Assembly: GCA_963826115.1 (NCBI GenBank)
Contig: CAWGVS010000010.1
Coordinates: 384,001-448,000 of the forward strand
Source of the DNA: an uncultured Candidatus Rokubacteria bacterium
GTDB taxonomy: Bacteria; Methylomirabilota; Methylomirabilia; Rokubacteriales; DASRDR01
DNA: 64,000 bases
Direction: 5' to 3'
Positions 18,195 through 27,809 of this stretch are shown here, one piece after another. Below the pieces are notes generated by a model that made no database searches, had not been told where the DNA came from, and saw only the letters and a list, made by a program, of their open reading frames with translations. Made by a program: the position numbers and the translations under genes. Within the stretch, counting starts at the first letter, position 1. Every line of letters begins with the position of its first letter.

Positions 18195-18944
18195 ATGGCC
18201 ACGCCCGCCGCCCGCCCGCCGGCCGTGGACCTTCGCCGGGCCGCCGAGCGGTTCCACACGCGCATCGGCTGGCTCGACTCGCATCACAGCTTCAGCTTCT
18301 CCAACCACTATGACCCCGCGAACACGCACCACGGGCTCCTGCTGGTCTCGAACGACGACACCGTGCGGGCCGGGACCGGGTTCCGGACCCACCCCCACCA
18401 GGACATGGAGATCGTCACCTGGGTGCTTGACGGCGAGCTCGAGCACAAGGACTCCGAGGGGCACACGGGGATCATCTACCCGGGCCTCGCCCAGCGGATG
18501 AGCGCCGGCACGGGCATCTGGCACTCGGAGATGAACCCCCGCCACGACCGGGACGTCCACTTCGTGCAGATGTGGGTCCCGCCGGACACCGAGCGCATCC
18601 GCCCGGGCTACGAGCAGCTCGACATCAACGCCGAGCTCCAGAAGGGCGGTCTCGTCCCGATCGCGTCGGGCCGCGGCCACGAGTCGGCCATCTCGATCCG
18701 CCAGCGTGGGGCGGTCCTGTGGGGTGGGCGGCTCAAGCCCGGCGAGGTCGTGCGCCTGCCCGACGCGCCGTTCGTGCACGTGTTCGTCGCCCGGGGCGGG
18801 GCCACGCTCGAGGGCGCGGGGCCGCTCGAGACCGGCGACGCGGCCCGGCTCACCGCCGCCGGCGCCCGGTCGCTGACGGCGGATGCCGTCGCGGGCGCGG
18901 AGGTGCTGGTCTGGGAGTCGGCGGCCGACGCTGCCGGCGCCTGA
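18195..18944 (+). CDS. pirin family protein (YhhW-like)
   Basis: WLDSHHSFSF, GF.THPHQDMEIVT, H.DSEG, QRMSAGTGI.HSE.N. Confidence 0.93.
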   Translation: MATPAARPPAVDLRRAAERFHTRIGWLDSHHSFSFSNHYDPANTHHGLLLVSNDDTVRAGTGFRTHPHQDMEIVTWVLDGELEHKDSEGHTGIIYPGLAQRMSAGTGIWHSEMNPRHDRDVHFVQMWVPPDTERIRPGYEQLDINAELQKGGLVPIASGRGHESAISIRQRGAVLWGGRLKPGEVVRLPDAPFVHVFVARGGATLEGAGPLETGDAARLTAAGARSLTADAVAGAEVLVWESAADAAGA

Positions 18945-18976
18945 CGTTCAGGCCCGGGCCGTCAGCGCCGCTCCCG

Positions 18977-19483
18977 TCACGGACGCCACCGGGCTGCCGC
19001 GGGGACTGGCGCGATCCGCGCGACGCGGCCGGTCGCCGCCGAGCTGCCGACCAGCTGGAGCGGGCCGTTGATCGCCCAGCGGAGGCGCTCGTCACGGTCC
19101 CACCCTAGCGTCCAGCGGCGACGCTCGGAGCTCGCCACGACGAGCCGGGCCCCGAGGTGCTCCGCCACGGACGCGAGCTCGGTCACCGGGTCTCCGAAAC
19201 GGACCACGACGCCCACGCGCGTGGCCGGTCCGACCCACTCGTCCGCGACCTCGCGCAGCTCGTAGCGGATCGTCGCCTCGAGGCCCTGCATCCGTTGCCA
19301 CGGCTCGAGATGCCGCCGCCATCGCGAGCCGCCCGGCGGGACTTCCGGCGGAAGCGGCGCGACGTGAACCAGGACGAGCGGCGCCGCGGCCGCTACGGTA
19401 TGGGCGCGCGCGTCCCGCATCACCTGCTCGTCGGAGCGTCGGCGCTCGATCAGCGCCACCACGGGTCGATCGCTGTCACGCAT
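18977..19483 (-). CDS. universal stress protein-like
   Basis: LVLVHV and VRFGDPV.EL...A....A.LVV pattern. Confidence 0.6.
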   Translation of the reverse strand: MRDSDRPVVALIERRRSDEQVMRDARAHTVAAAAPLVLVHVAPLPPEVPPGGSRWRRHLEPWQRMQGLEATIRYELREVADEWVGPATRVGVVVRFGDPVTELASVAEHLGARLVVASSERRRWTLGWDRDERLRWAINGPLQLVGSSAATGRVARIAPVPAAARWRP

Positions 19484-19589
19484 GAGGTGCCTTCCTTCCG
19501 TCAAAAAACAAGGCGCTCTCCGCCCTCACCGGCGGAAGCGCCCTTGCCGAGAACGCGCGTCCTTGCGCTCGTGTCGTCCGACGTGACGT

Positions 19590-19605
19590 TGCATCGAGGA
19601 TGCCA
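19590..19605 (-). promoter_or_regulatory. candidate sigma54 (-24/-12) promoter upstream of the USP-like gene
   Basis: Minus strand TGGCATCCTCGATGCA = GG-N10-GC, close to the TGGCAC-N5-TTGCA consensus. Confidence 0.5.
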
Positions 19606-19839
19606 GGGGAGTGCGGACGGCACCTCACTCCGCGCCAGAGCCGCGAGACGACAGGGAAATCGGTCGGATACGGGCGACCGCGATGCCGGCGTCGATGCCC
19701 ATTCGATGGGCAGGTGCCTGCCGAACGGCCAGGTCGCTACGGTGGCGGGGCGATCACGTCCGCGGAGCGGTGGTGCCGGGTGAGAACCGAGTGAGCTCGA
19801 TCCGGATCTCCTGGCTCACCTTGCTCTCCGTGAGCGGAG

Positions 19840-21216
19840 TCAGCGTCCGAACACGTGGTCGAGAAGGAGCGCCTTGACGGCGGTGGCGTCGACCGGGCCG
19901 TCGGGCAGGAGCCCGGCCTCGCTCGAGATGACGACCGGCCCGGCGGCGAGGTCGTCGGTCGGCCGCCCGTGCGAGCCCCTCACGAGGCTCGCGTCGAGCG
20001 GGATCACGTCCATCAGGTACCGGAAGCCGAGCGCCTTCTTCGCGAGCCGCCACCCGACGCTTGCCTGCGGGACGCGCAGCGCCGGGTCGAGGAAGAGCTC
20101 GACCGGGTCGTAGCCCGGCTTCCGGTGGATGTCGACGGTGCGGGCGAAGTCGGGCGCGCGAGCGTCGTCCAGCCAGTAGTAATACGTGAACCAGCGGTCG
20201 GGGCGTGACACGAGGACCAGCTCGCCCGATCGCGGGTGATCGAGCCCGGCCGCGCGCTTCCCCTCCTCGTCAAGGACGGCTTCCACACCCGGCAAGCCTT
20301 CCAGCAAGCGCCGGACTTCGGCGACCCGCTCCGCCCGGCGGACGTAGACGTGCGCGACCTGGTGGTCCGCCACCGCGAACGCCTCCGACGCGCCCGGGTC
20401 CAGAAGCTCGCGCCCGAGCTCGGTGCGGACCTGGATCAGCCCGGCCTCGCGGAGCCGCCGGTTCACGTGGACAGGGCCGGTCACCGGCGTGATGCCGTAC
20501 TCGGACAGCACGACGACCCGCGTGCCGTCGCGCCGCGCCGCCGCGATCAGCTCGCCGCAGAGGGCGTCCACGGCGCGGAGATCCCCGGCGATCGCGGGAT
20601 CGCCGGGGCCGAGGCGCTGGAGGTTGTAGTCGAGGTGCGGGAGGTAGACGAGCGTGAGCGTGGGCCGCTTGGTCTCGTAGACGTGCCGCGCGCAGTCGGC
20701 GATCCAGCGGCTCGACGTGATGTCGGTGGCCGGGCCCCAGAACTTGAAGAGCGGGAACTGGCCGAGGCGGCCGTTCAGCTCGTCGCGCAGCTCCGCCGGC
20801 TGCGTGTAGACGTCGGGGATCTTGCGACCGTCGGCGGGGTACATCGGGCGCGGCGTCACCGACCAGGTCGCCGTGCTGTGCATGTTGTACCACCAGAAGA
20901 GCTTGGCGCACGTGAACGCGGGATCCCGCCGCGCGGCAGCCTCCCAGATCTTCTCCCCGCCGACCAGCCGGTTCGACTGGCGCCAGAACCAGACCTCCGC
21001 GAGGTCGCGGAAGTACCAGCCGTTGGCGACGACGCCGTGGTCGCGGGGCAGGAGCCCGGTGGTGAGCGTGGCCTGCACGGAGCAGGTGACGGCCGGGAGG
21101 AGGGTGCGGAGCGGCCGGGCGCCGCCCTCACGCGCCAGCGCGGCCAGGCTCGGGGTGGCTTCGCCGATGTGCTCGCCGGCGAGCCCGACGACGAGGAGGA
21201 CGACGGTCCGGTGCAC
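19840..21216 (-). CDS. eboF: alkaline phosphatase / nucleotide pyrophosphatase family protein EboF
   Basis: PAVTCSVQAT..TG..P..HG.VANGWY, LVYLPHLDY, SEYG, DHQVAH, DIHRKPGYDP, GSHGR. Confidence 0.9.
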   Translation of the reverse strand: MHRTVVLLVVGLAGEHIGEATPSLAALAREGGARPLRTLLPAVTCSVQATLTTGLLPRDHGVVANGWYFRDLAEVWFWRQSNRLVGGEKIWEAAARRDPAFTCAKLFWWYNMHSTATWSVTPRPMYPADGRKIPDVYTQPAELRDELNGRLGQFPLFKFWGPATDITSSRWIADCARHVYETKRPTLTLVYLPHLDYNLQRLGPGDPAIAGDLRAVDALCGELIAAARRDGTRVVVLSEYGITPVTGPVHVNRRLREAGLIQVRTELGRELLDPGASEAFAVADHQVAHVYVRRAERVAEVRRLLEGLPGVEAVLDEEGKRAAGLDHPRSGELVLVSRPDRWFTYYYWLDDARAPDFARTVDIHRKPGYDPVELFLDPALRVPQASVGWRLAKKALGFRYLMDVIPLDASLVRGSHGRPTDDLAAGPVVISSEAGLLPDGPVDATAVKALLLDHVFGR

Positions 21217-21262
21217 GGAGGCGATCGGAGACGCGCGACCGGAGGGCCGCCGCGACCCCGCG

Positions 21263-22177
21263 TCAGGCGCCCGGTCGGCCCGCGCCGCCCGCCGGGGCGG
21301 TCACCCGGGGCGCCTGGCCGCGCAGGACCGAGTTGCCCTCGAACAGCTGGCTCTGGTCGATGGCGGGCGCCGCGTCGAGCGCGCCGGGGTCGAGCTGACC
21401 GCTCTGGGCGAAGAAGGCCGCGGGATTCTCCCAGGCGACCCGGCGGACGTCGGCCTCCGCGATCCCGCTCTCGCGCATGAGCGCGACCGTCTTCGGCACC
21501 TTGAGGGGATCGCTCACGCCCCAGTCCGCGGCGCTGTTGATCAGGATCCGCTCGCTGCCGTAGCGCTTGACGAGCGCCACCATCCGGGGCTCGTCCATCT
21601 TCGTGAACGGGTAGATGGAATGCCCGGCCCAGCATCCGGTCGCCAGCACGAGGGGCAGCGTCTCCTCGGTGTTGTGGTCGATGAGGACCCGCCCCTCAGG
21701 GAACCCGACGTCACGGACCAAGGCGAGGCTTCGCTCGGTGCCCCGCTTCTTGTCCCGGTGCGGGGTGTGGACCAGGACCGGCAGGTCAAAGCGGAGGGCG
21801 AGCTCGAGCTGGGCCGCGAAGTACTTCTCCTCCTCCGGCGTCTGGTCGTCGAACCCGATCTCCCCGACGGCCACGACGCCGTCCTTGGCGAGGTAGCGCG
21901 GCAGGATCTCGATCACGCCCGGCGCCACGCGCCGGTTGTTCGCCTCCTTCGGGTTGAGCGACAGGGTGCAGAAATGATGGATGCCGAACTGGCTGGCGCG
22001 GAAGCGCTCCCAGCCGAGCAGCCCGTTGAAATAGTCCTCGAAGGTGCCGACGTGGGTGCGCGGCTGGCCCAGCCAGAACGCGGGCTCCACGATCGCGGCG
22101 ATGCCGGCCTGGGCCATCGCCTCGTAGTCGAGGGTCGTCCGCGATGTCATGTGGATATGCGGATCGAAGAGCTTCAT
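21263..22177 (-). CDS. eboB: TatD family hydrolase EboB
   Basis: FDPHIHMTSRTT.DYEAM, EPAFWLGQPRT, GEIG.D, HTPHRDK, NSAADWG.SDPL. Confidence 0.9.
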   Translation of the reverse strand: MKLFDPHIHMTSRTTLDYEAMAQAGIAAIVEPAFWLGQPRTHVGTFEDYFNGLLGWERFRASQFGIHHFCTLSLNPKEANNRRVAPGVIEILPRYLAKDGVVAVGEIGFDDQTPEEEKYFAAQLELALRFDLPVLVHTPHRDKKRGTERSLALVRDVGFPEGRVLIDHNTEETLPLVLATGCWAGHSIYPFTKMDEPRMVALVKRYGSERILINSAADWGVSDPLKVPKTVALMRESGIAEADVRRVAWENPAAFFAQSGQLDPGALDAAPAIDQSQLFEGNSVLRGQAPRVTAPAGGAGRPGA

Positions 22178-22917
22178 GACCGGCTCCCGTTCTCGCCGAG
22201 GACGTAGGCGACGTCCGCGGGCACGCTCCGTCCCGCCGCCCGCCGCTCGCTCGCGTAGTCGGCCGCCATCCGCCGGAGCTCCGGCGTGATCCGGCCCTCG
22301 AGCCCGAGGATACGCCCGACGGCGACTTCGATGAAGATCGCCTTCAGCACCATGTGGTTGAAGCTCGACTCGGGGAAATGCCGGCCGGGGAAGGGGTTCT
22401 CGCACGCGATCGCCTCGAAGACGGGCTGGACCGACGTGCGGCAGGCTTCCACGCCGAGCGGGACGAAGCGGGCCGGGTCGGGGAGGAGGGGGAGCGTCCG
22501 AAGGACCGCCTGGCGCTCGCGCGTGTCGCCCTGGAAGTAGCACTGCTCCACCAGAGACTCGACCTCGCCCGGGGTCAGTCCGGCGACCGCGCGGAGCAGG
22601 AGCGCGGACCGGGTCAGTCCGTCGAGACCCCAGGGCACGACGGACCACGTGACGCCCGCGGCCCGGAGTCCCGCCGTTTCCGCCGGGCCGGGCTCGGGCG
22701 TCGCGCGGCCGGTCTGGCGCGCGGCGAGCGCGAACGCGGTCGCGAAGCCGCTCCGGTCGAGGGGCGCCCGCGTCGTGGCTACCGCGTCCGCCAGCCAGCG
22801 CTGGGCGCGCTCGGTGGCTTGCGCGCGGACGACTGCGAGCAGGCCCTCCGCCGTCTCCAGCGGCGGGATCACCGGCGGCGACGACTCCGAGCTCGATCGG
22901 ATCTCACGGTGGCTCAC
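22174..22917 (-). CDS. eboA: EboA domain protein (start uncertain)
   Basis: GD.RE..AVLR.LP.L, F.AIA.ENP.P...F....FN.MVLKA.F, DYA.ER.AAGR.VP; ATGA overlap with eboB. Confidence 0.85.
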   Translation of the reverse strand: MSHREIRSSSESSPPVIPPLETAEGLLAVVRAQATERAQRWLADAVATTRAPLDRSGFATAFALAARQTGRATPEPGPAETAGLRAAGVTWSVVPWGLDGLTRSALLLRAVAGLTPGEVESLVEQCYFQGDTRERQAVLRTLPLLPDPARFVPLGVEACRTSVQPVFEAIACENPFPGRHFPESSFNHMVLKAIFIEVAVGRILGLEGRITPELRRMAADYASERRAAGRSVPADVAYVLGENGSRS

Positions 22918-23039
22918 GGCTCCGAGGGTGCTTGCTGACCGAGTATAGGCCCCGGGGGGCGGTCCGCGCGTGTCGCCCGGCGTCACCATTGGCCGAGCGC
23001 GCGGCCGATCGCCTCCGCCGCGCCCCGGCGGAGGACCGG

Positions 23040-23861
23040 TCAGGGTCCCGGCGGCGTGGCCGGCGGCAGGAGCACGACGATCTCGCTCAGGACGCGGCTC
23101 ACGCCCGGCAGGGTCGTCACGACCTCCTCGGCGACGCGGCGCTGATCGTCGCGCGCCACCCGACCGCTGAGCGAGACCTGGCCGTCCTGGCAGCTGAAGA
23201 ACAGTCCGAGCTCCCGCGTCCGGGGATGACAAAGGAGCGCCGCGTGGACGCGCGTCGTCAGGCATCGATCGCGGACCTCGGCGAGCGAGGCCGGGGTGGC
23301 CTGGAAGCGTTCCACCGCCAGCGACGCGCGGATCGTCGACACCGCGGCGGAGACGTCCAGGCGGGCGGTGTTGACGACCAGGTCGTACTGGAGCGGATCG
23401 TCGAGGGCCACCTCGTAGAGGTGGCGGATCCGGGCTGCCCAGTCGCGGTCGGCTCGCGCCACGACCTCCTCGGCGTTGGGGACGAGCCCGCGCTCGGCCT
23501 CCAGGCGCCGGGCTCGGACGTGGAGCGGGGCGGTCGCCCGGACGCGCAAGGCGTGGCGGATCCGCTGGAGCACGAACGTCGAGCCGCGTCCGACCAGGAC
23601 GACGTTGTCGCGCGCCGCGAACTCCCAGATCACCGCCTCGACCGCTGCCAGGTAGTCGCGCCGCGTCTCGGTGAGCCGCTCCCGGAGCGTCGGGCGGCTC
23701 TCGAGGAGGCGCTCGAGGGCGGCCACGCCCTGCCCGAGCCGCTCCGCAGCCTTCAGGATGATCTCGCGGTCGGCGAAGGTGTAGGTGAGCTCCTCGGCGA
23801 GGGCGCGGCCGACGGCCTCGCCGGCGCTCCCGAGTGCCGATGAGATCGTGACGATGCTCAT
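23040..23861 (-). CDS. cytidylate kinase-like family protein with C-terminal BON domain
   Basis: IVTIS..LGS.G, VLVGRG, YDLVVNT; G.VSLSG.V...PGV..V BON pattern. Confidence 0.8.
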   Translation of the reverse strand: MSIVTISSALGSAGEAVGRALAEELTYTFADREIILKAAERLGQGVAALERLLESRPTLRERLTETRRDYLAAVEAVIWEFAARDNVVLVGRGSTFVLQRIRHALRVRATAPLHVRARRLEAERGLVPNAEEVVARADRDWAARIRHLYEVALDDPLQYDLVVNTARLDVSAAVSTIRASLAVERFQATPASLAEVRDRCLTTRVHAALLCHPRTRELGLFFSCQDGQVSLSGRVARDDQRRVAEEVVTTLPGVSRVLSEIVVLLPPATPPGP

Positions 23862-24049
23862 GGACGTCGTCCAGCGGGAACGCCGCCGCGCGTCTTCGTG
23901 CAAGCCGGCGCCTGGCGCTCCAGAGGGCGGGCGCGGTCGCGGCAGGCGACAAGGGGAACGCGCTGAGTTGCGTCGGTCCGCACGGGTGCTCCCGAGGACC
24001 GCCGGTCTTCTGGGCGGAAGCCTAGGCTGGCTCGCCGGGGCCTGTCAAG

Positions 24050-24145
24050 ACGTGATGACCGTGGCCTGCCTCGGAGCGCGACGCCCCGCCATGCCGCGAA
24101 GGAGCCGGCGGTCCCGGCGCCGATGACGAGGAGGTCGCAGTCCAT
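24050..24145 (-). pseudogene. N-terminal remnant of an FAD-dependent oxidoreductase
   Basis: MDCDLLVIGAGTAGSFAA Rossmann GxGxxG start with AGGAG RBS, then coding character is lost. Confidence 0.55.
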
Positions 24146-24213
24146 GGCCGCTCTCCTGTCCGTCTTCGGTTGGCTAGAAATCCACCGGAACCATGTCGCC
24201 CGTCACGGGCCCG

Positions 24214-24918
24214 TCACCATCCGATGCGCGGCGTCGCGGCATCGACCACGAAGCTCTCCACCGACGCTCCGAAGCTCCGCGCGAGTCCCGACGTCAGGTC
24301 CTCGAGGATGGTCTCGGCCACGCCGGGGCCCGTCTCCGGCAGGCTCTCGGAGACGAGGAAGACCGAGCGGGTCTCGGGGTGGATGAGCCCGTCCTTCGCC
24401 TGGCGCCACATGAGGTGCCGCGTGAGGACCGTCGGGCCGGTGGCGTAGGCGATCTCGCCGGGCGGCACCGGGGCGGGCCCGTCGCCGTCGAGCGCCGCGA
24501 ACGTGTCGCCCTCGCGGGTGAGCCGCACCGTCAGCGGGCCGGCCACGCGGGCGAGGTCGAAGCCGCCCACGGGCACCGCGTGACGGAGCGACACGCTGTT
24601 GTAGAAGTCGACGAGCGGATTGATGTGGAACGGCGCGCCGCCCTTCATGGCGCGGCGGAGCAGCGCCTCGATGGACGTCGGGTACTGGCGCATCGAGACG
24701 CCGGCGGCCTGGAAGCGCTGCCGCCAGGGCACGATCCGCGGGTGGGACTGGGCGTTGCCGTGGGGCGCTCCCGCGGCGGGGGCGCCGGCCCAGGCCTCGG
24801 CCCACTCGCGCGCGACTGACGGATGGTCCGCCTGGTTGTCCACGCCGCGCGCCACCACGACGGCGAGACGCATGCCCGGAAAGCGCGCGAAGACCTCGGG
24901 CTCGACGGAGAAGTCCAT
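24214..24918 (-). CDS. stand-alone B3/B4 (PheRS beta editing-like) domain protein
   Basis: WRQ.F, Y.TSIEALLRR, INPLVDFYNSVSL...P.GG.D, WRQ. Confidence 0.88.
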   Translation of the reverse strand: MDFSVEPEVFARFPGMRLAVVVARGVDNQADHPSVAREWAEAWAGAPAAGAPHGNAQSHPRIVPWRQRFQAAGVSMRQYPTSIEALLRRAMKGGAPFHINPLVDFYNSVSLRHAVPVGGFDLARVAGPLTVRLTREGDTFAALDGDGPAPVPPGEIAYATGPTVLTRHLMWRQAKDGLIHPETRSVFLVSESLPETGPGVAETILEDLTSGLARSFGASVESFVVDAATPRIGW

Positions 24919-24927
24919 CGACAGGCC

Positions 24928-25569
24928 TCAGGGCTTCGGGATCCGGAGCGTCTTGCTGATCATCAGCGATCCGGAGAGCCCGAACGCCAGGACGAAGGGA
25001 TGGAAGGCGGCGCCGCCGATCGACACCGAGCCGAGCGGCAGGGCGTCGCCGGTCCGACCCGCCCACGTGAGCGCGACCAGCGCCAGGACGAGGAGGACGC
25101 TCGTTGGGATGGGCGTTCCCTCGAAGTGGGTCACCTTGCCGGTGTCGGTCGAGAGCGCCTCGGCGGTGATGTTGTACCGGGCGAGCCGGCTGATCCCGCA
25201 GGCGACGAAGTAGAGCAGCACGAGCTGGTCGACCACCGTGCCCATGCCGACGGCGTAGGCGAGGCAGGCGGGCGCCACGCCGAAGCTGATCACGTCCGCC
25301 AGCGAGTCGAGCTCGCGTCCCATGGGCGAGGCCCGGTGCCGCCACCGCGCGATCCGCCCGTCGATCACGTCGAACACGAGCGCGAGGACGATGAGACCGC
25401 CCGCGGCGTAGATCCGCTCCGGCGTGGCGCGCCGGACGTAGTCCATGGCGTAGAAGATCGCGGCGGTGCCGCCGCAGCCATTCGCCAGCGTGAAGAGGTC
25501 CGCCAGGTGAAAGGAGCGGAGCATCGAGAAGTGCCGCCGCGGCCCGCCCCGGTCGTGGACTGCCCCCAC
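24928..25569 (-). CDS. pssA: CDP-alcohol phosphatidyltransferase (PssA-like)
   Basis: FD..DG.IAR....S..G.ELDSLAD.ISFGVAPA, RLARYN, FEG.PIP. Confidence 0.8.
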   Translation of the reverse strand: MGAVHDRGGPRRHFSMLRSFHLADLFTLANGCGGTAAIFYAMDYVRRATPERIYAAGGLIVLALVFDVIDGRIARWRHRASPMGRELDSLADVISFGVAPACLAYAVGMGTVVDQLVLLYFVACGISRLARYNITAEALSTDTGKVTHFEGTPIPTSVLLVLALVALTWAGRTGDALPLGSVSIGGAAFHPFVLAFGLSGSLMISKTLRIPKP

Positions 25570-25680
25570 GCGTGTTCCCCCCGCCGTGCTTGATCCCCGG
25601 TGCCGTCCACCCTAGCATTCCCGCAACGCGCTGCCGAGCCGCCGGGACCCGCCCGGCGGCCGCGCGCGATCGGAGGCTCC

Positions 25681-26502
25681 ATGCGGGCTCGGGCGGCGGG
25701 GCGCGGGGACGCGCCGGCCGGGGGCAACAACGACTGGTACCGCTTCCACGCGCCGCGCCGCGTCCCCGCGCTGGCGGCCCCGGAGATGCTGGCCGCGCGC
25801 GCCCGAGCCGAGCGCGACCTTGACGCCGTGCTGGGGCGGACCGGGCTGTCCCGCTCGGACCGCATCCTGGAGGTCGGCTGCGGCTGGGGGCGGCACGCGC
25901 TCGCGCTCGCTCGCCGCGGCTTCGGCCGGGTCGTCAGCGTGGACATCGCTCCGGAGCCGCTCGCCGTGGCGGGGGCCCTCGCGCGGGAGGCCGGGCTCGC
26001 GTGCGAGATCCGCCAGCAGGACTTCGGCCTCGTGGACGACGGTCCGTACCGCGCCGTGCTGTCCCTCTACGACCGGAGCCTCTGCGGCTTTCCCACCGAG
26101 GACGAGGATGCCCGGAGCCTCCGGCGCCTCGCCGGCCTCCTCGACCCCGGCGGGTGGCTCGTGTTCGGCATCGACGACTGGCCGGCCCGGCTGCCGGACG
26201 CGTCGGCTCGTCGGGAGGAGACGGAGCGGGGCGTGGAGTGGGTCGAGGTCGTTCCCGACGCGGCGACGATGACCTGCACCCACCGGGTCTCGCTCGTCCG
26301 GCCCGACGGCCGCCGGGAGACGCACGCGCTCACCCGGCGGCACTACTCGCTGGCCGAGCTCGAGAGGCTCCTGGCGCGCTGCGGGTTCGTCCTGGCCGCC
26401 GCGTTCCACCGCCTGGCCGAGGAGCGCCCGTACGTGGAGGGCGGCGAGGGGCTGTTCGTCTACGCGCGGCGGGGCGGGGAGGCCCGGTCGTCCGGGACCT
26501 GA
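25681..26502 (+). CDS. class I SAM-dependent methyltransferase
   Basis: ILEVGCGWGRH, VD, L.PGG.LV motifs; GGAGG before the ATG. Confidence 0.85.
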   Translation: MRARAAGRGDAPAGGNNDWYRFHAPRRVPALAAPEMLAARARAERDLDAVLGRTGLSRSDRILEVGCGWGRHALALARRGFGRVVSVDIAPEPLAVAGALAREAGLACEIRQQDFGLVDDGPYRAVLSLYDRSLCGFPTEDEDARSLRRLAGLLDPGGWLVFGIDDWPARLPDASARREETERGVEWVEVVPDAATMTCTHRVSLVRPDGRRETHALTRRHYSLAELERLLARCGFVLAAAFHRLAEERPYVEGGEGLFVYARRGGEARSSGT

Positions 26503-26530
26503 GCCTCCCCGCGTGCGCGAGTGGGCGCCG

Positions 26531-27187
26531 CTATTCCTTGACCAGGAAGTGCGCCCGTCGATTCCGGGTCCAGCACCCCTCCGTGCGGTCGCCGCAGAGC
26601 GGCCGCTCCTCGCCGTAGCTCACCATCGTCATCCGCGTCTCGGCGATTCCGGCGGCCGCAAGGTAGTCCCGGGTGGCTCGGGCCCGCCGCTCCCCGAGCG
26701 CGAGGTTGTACTCGTTGGTCCCGCGCTCGTCGCAGTGGCCCTGGATGAGGACCTGGGTGCGGCCGTGCGACTTCAGCCAGCGAGCGTTCGCGTCGAGGAT
26801 GGCCTTGCCCGACGGCGGGATGTCGGACCGGTCGAACTCGAACTGGACGTCATGGAGGCTCGAGGCGTCCGAGAACTCCGTCGGCGACGGCAGCGCGGGG
26901 ATCGTGGTCCCGCCGGTGCCGCCCGTTCCGCCGGCCATGCCCCCACCGGCGCCGCCCGCACCCTGGGCGCCCGCGGCGCCGCCGCCGGCTGACCCCATGC
27001 CCGAGCCCGCGCCGCCAGCGCCACCGGCAGTGCCGGCGCCTCCTGCCCCGCCTGCGCTGCCGCCGGGACCGAGCCCCGCGCCGGCGGCTCCGCCGGGCTT
27101 CGGACTCTTCGGGCAGCCCGCGAGCAGCACCGTGGCCAGCGCCAGCAGGACGATGGTGCGAAACCGTCCAAGAGCGACGTGTGTCAT
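26531..27187 (-). CDS. pal: peptidoglycan-associated lipoprotein with long Gly/Ala linker
   Basis: Lipobox LAGC; F.FD.S, I.GHCDERGT.EYNLALGERRA, VSYGEERP, NRRA. Confidence 0.9.
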   Translation of the reverse strand: MTHVALGRFRTIVLLALATVLLAGCPKSPKPGGAAGAGLGPGGSAGGAGGAGTAGGAGGAGSGMGSAGGGAAGAQGAGGAGGGMAGGTGGTGGTTIPALPSPTEFSDASSLHDVQFEFDRSDIPPSGKAILDANARWLKSHGRTQVLIQGHCDERGTNEYNLALGERRARATRDYLAAAGIAETRMTMVSYGEERPLCGDRTEGCWTRNRRAHFLVKE

Positions 27188-27308
27188 CGTGCTCCTCCTC
27201 TCACTCGGAGCGTCGGCCGCGGCGCGGCATCGCGCGCCCCATGCCCGCGATCGCCTCATGTGACGGCAGAAGGATAGCTCACATATCGCCCCACGATATA
27301 CTTTTCGC

Positions 27309-27809
27309 GTGGGTCCGGGAGTCGGGCGAGGGAGTCGGGGGGCTCGGGTCGACTACGCGACCCTCGCCGCGCTGCGGTACCAGCTGCGGTTGTTCCTCCA
27401 CCGGCGGGAGAAGGCAGCGCGCGCCGCCGGCGTCGAGCCCCAGCAGTACCTCTTGCTGCTCCAGCTGAAAGGCCTGGAGGGACACGGGCCCGCGACCGTC
27501 GGCGTGCTCGCGGAGCGCCTGCAGGTCCGGCACCACAGCGCGGTCGGACTGGTCGACCGCCTCGCCCGCCGGGGGATGGTGTCACGGCAGCGGGACCAGC
27601 GGGACGGTCGGACCGTGATCGTGCGTCTGACGGCGACGGGCCGGTCCATCCTGAGGCGGCTGGCGCTCAGATCCCTCGCCGAGCTCGAGACCGACGGACC
27701 CGCGCTCGTGGCGGTGCTGAGGCGGCTGATCCGCCGTCCTGCGAGCGGGCTCGCGGGACGGCGGTCAGCGGCCGGCGCGCTCAGGCGTCGCCCGGCTCCT
27801 CGCGGATGA
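27309..27809 (+). CDS. MarR family regulator (start uncertain)
   Basis: QQY.LLL.L, LAERLQVRHHSAVGLVDRL...G.V.R....DGR...V.LT..G. Confidence 0.85.
   Translation: MGPGVGRGSRGARVDYATLAALRYQLRLFLHRREKAARAAGVEPQQYLLLLQLKGLEGHGPATVGVLAERLQVRHHSAVGLVDRLARRGMVSRQRDQRDGRTVIVRLTATGRSILRRLALRSLAELETDGPALVAVLRRLIRRPASGLAGRRSAAGALRRRPAPRG

Noticed and set aside
23899-23913. Sigma54 promoter upstream of the cytidylate kinase-like gene
   Set aside because: GG to GC spacing is 9 nt rather than the required 10
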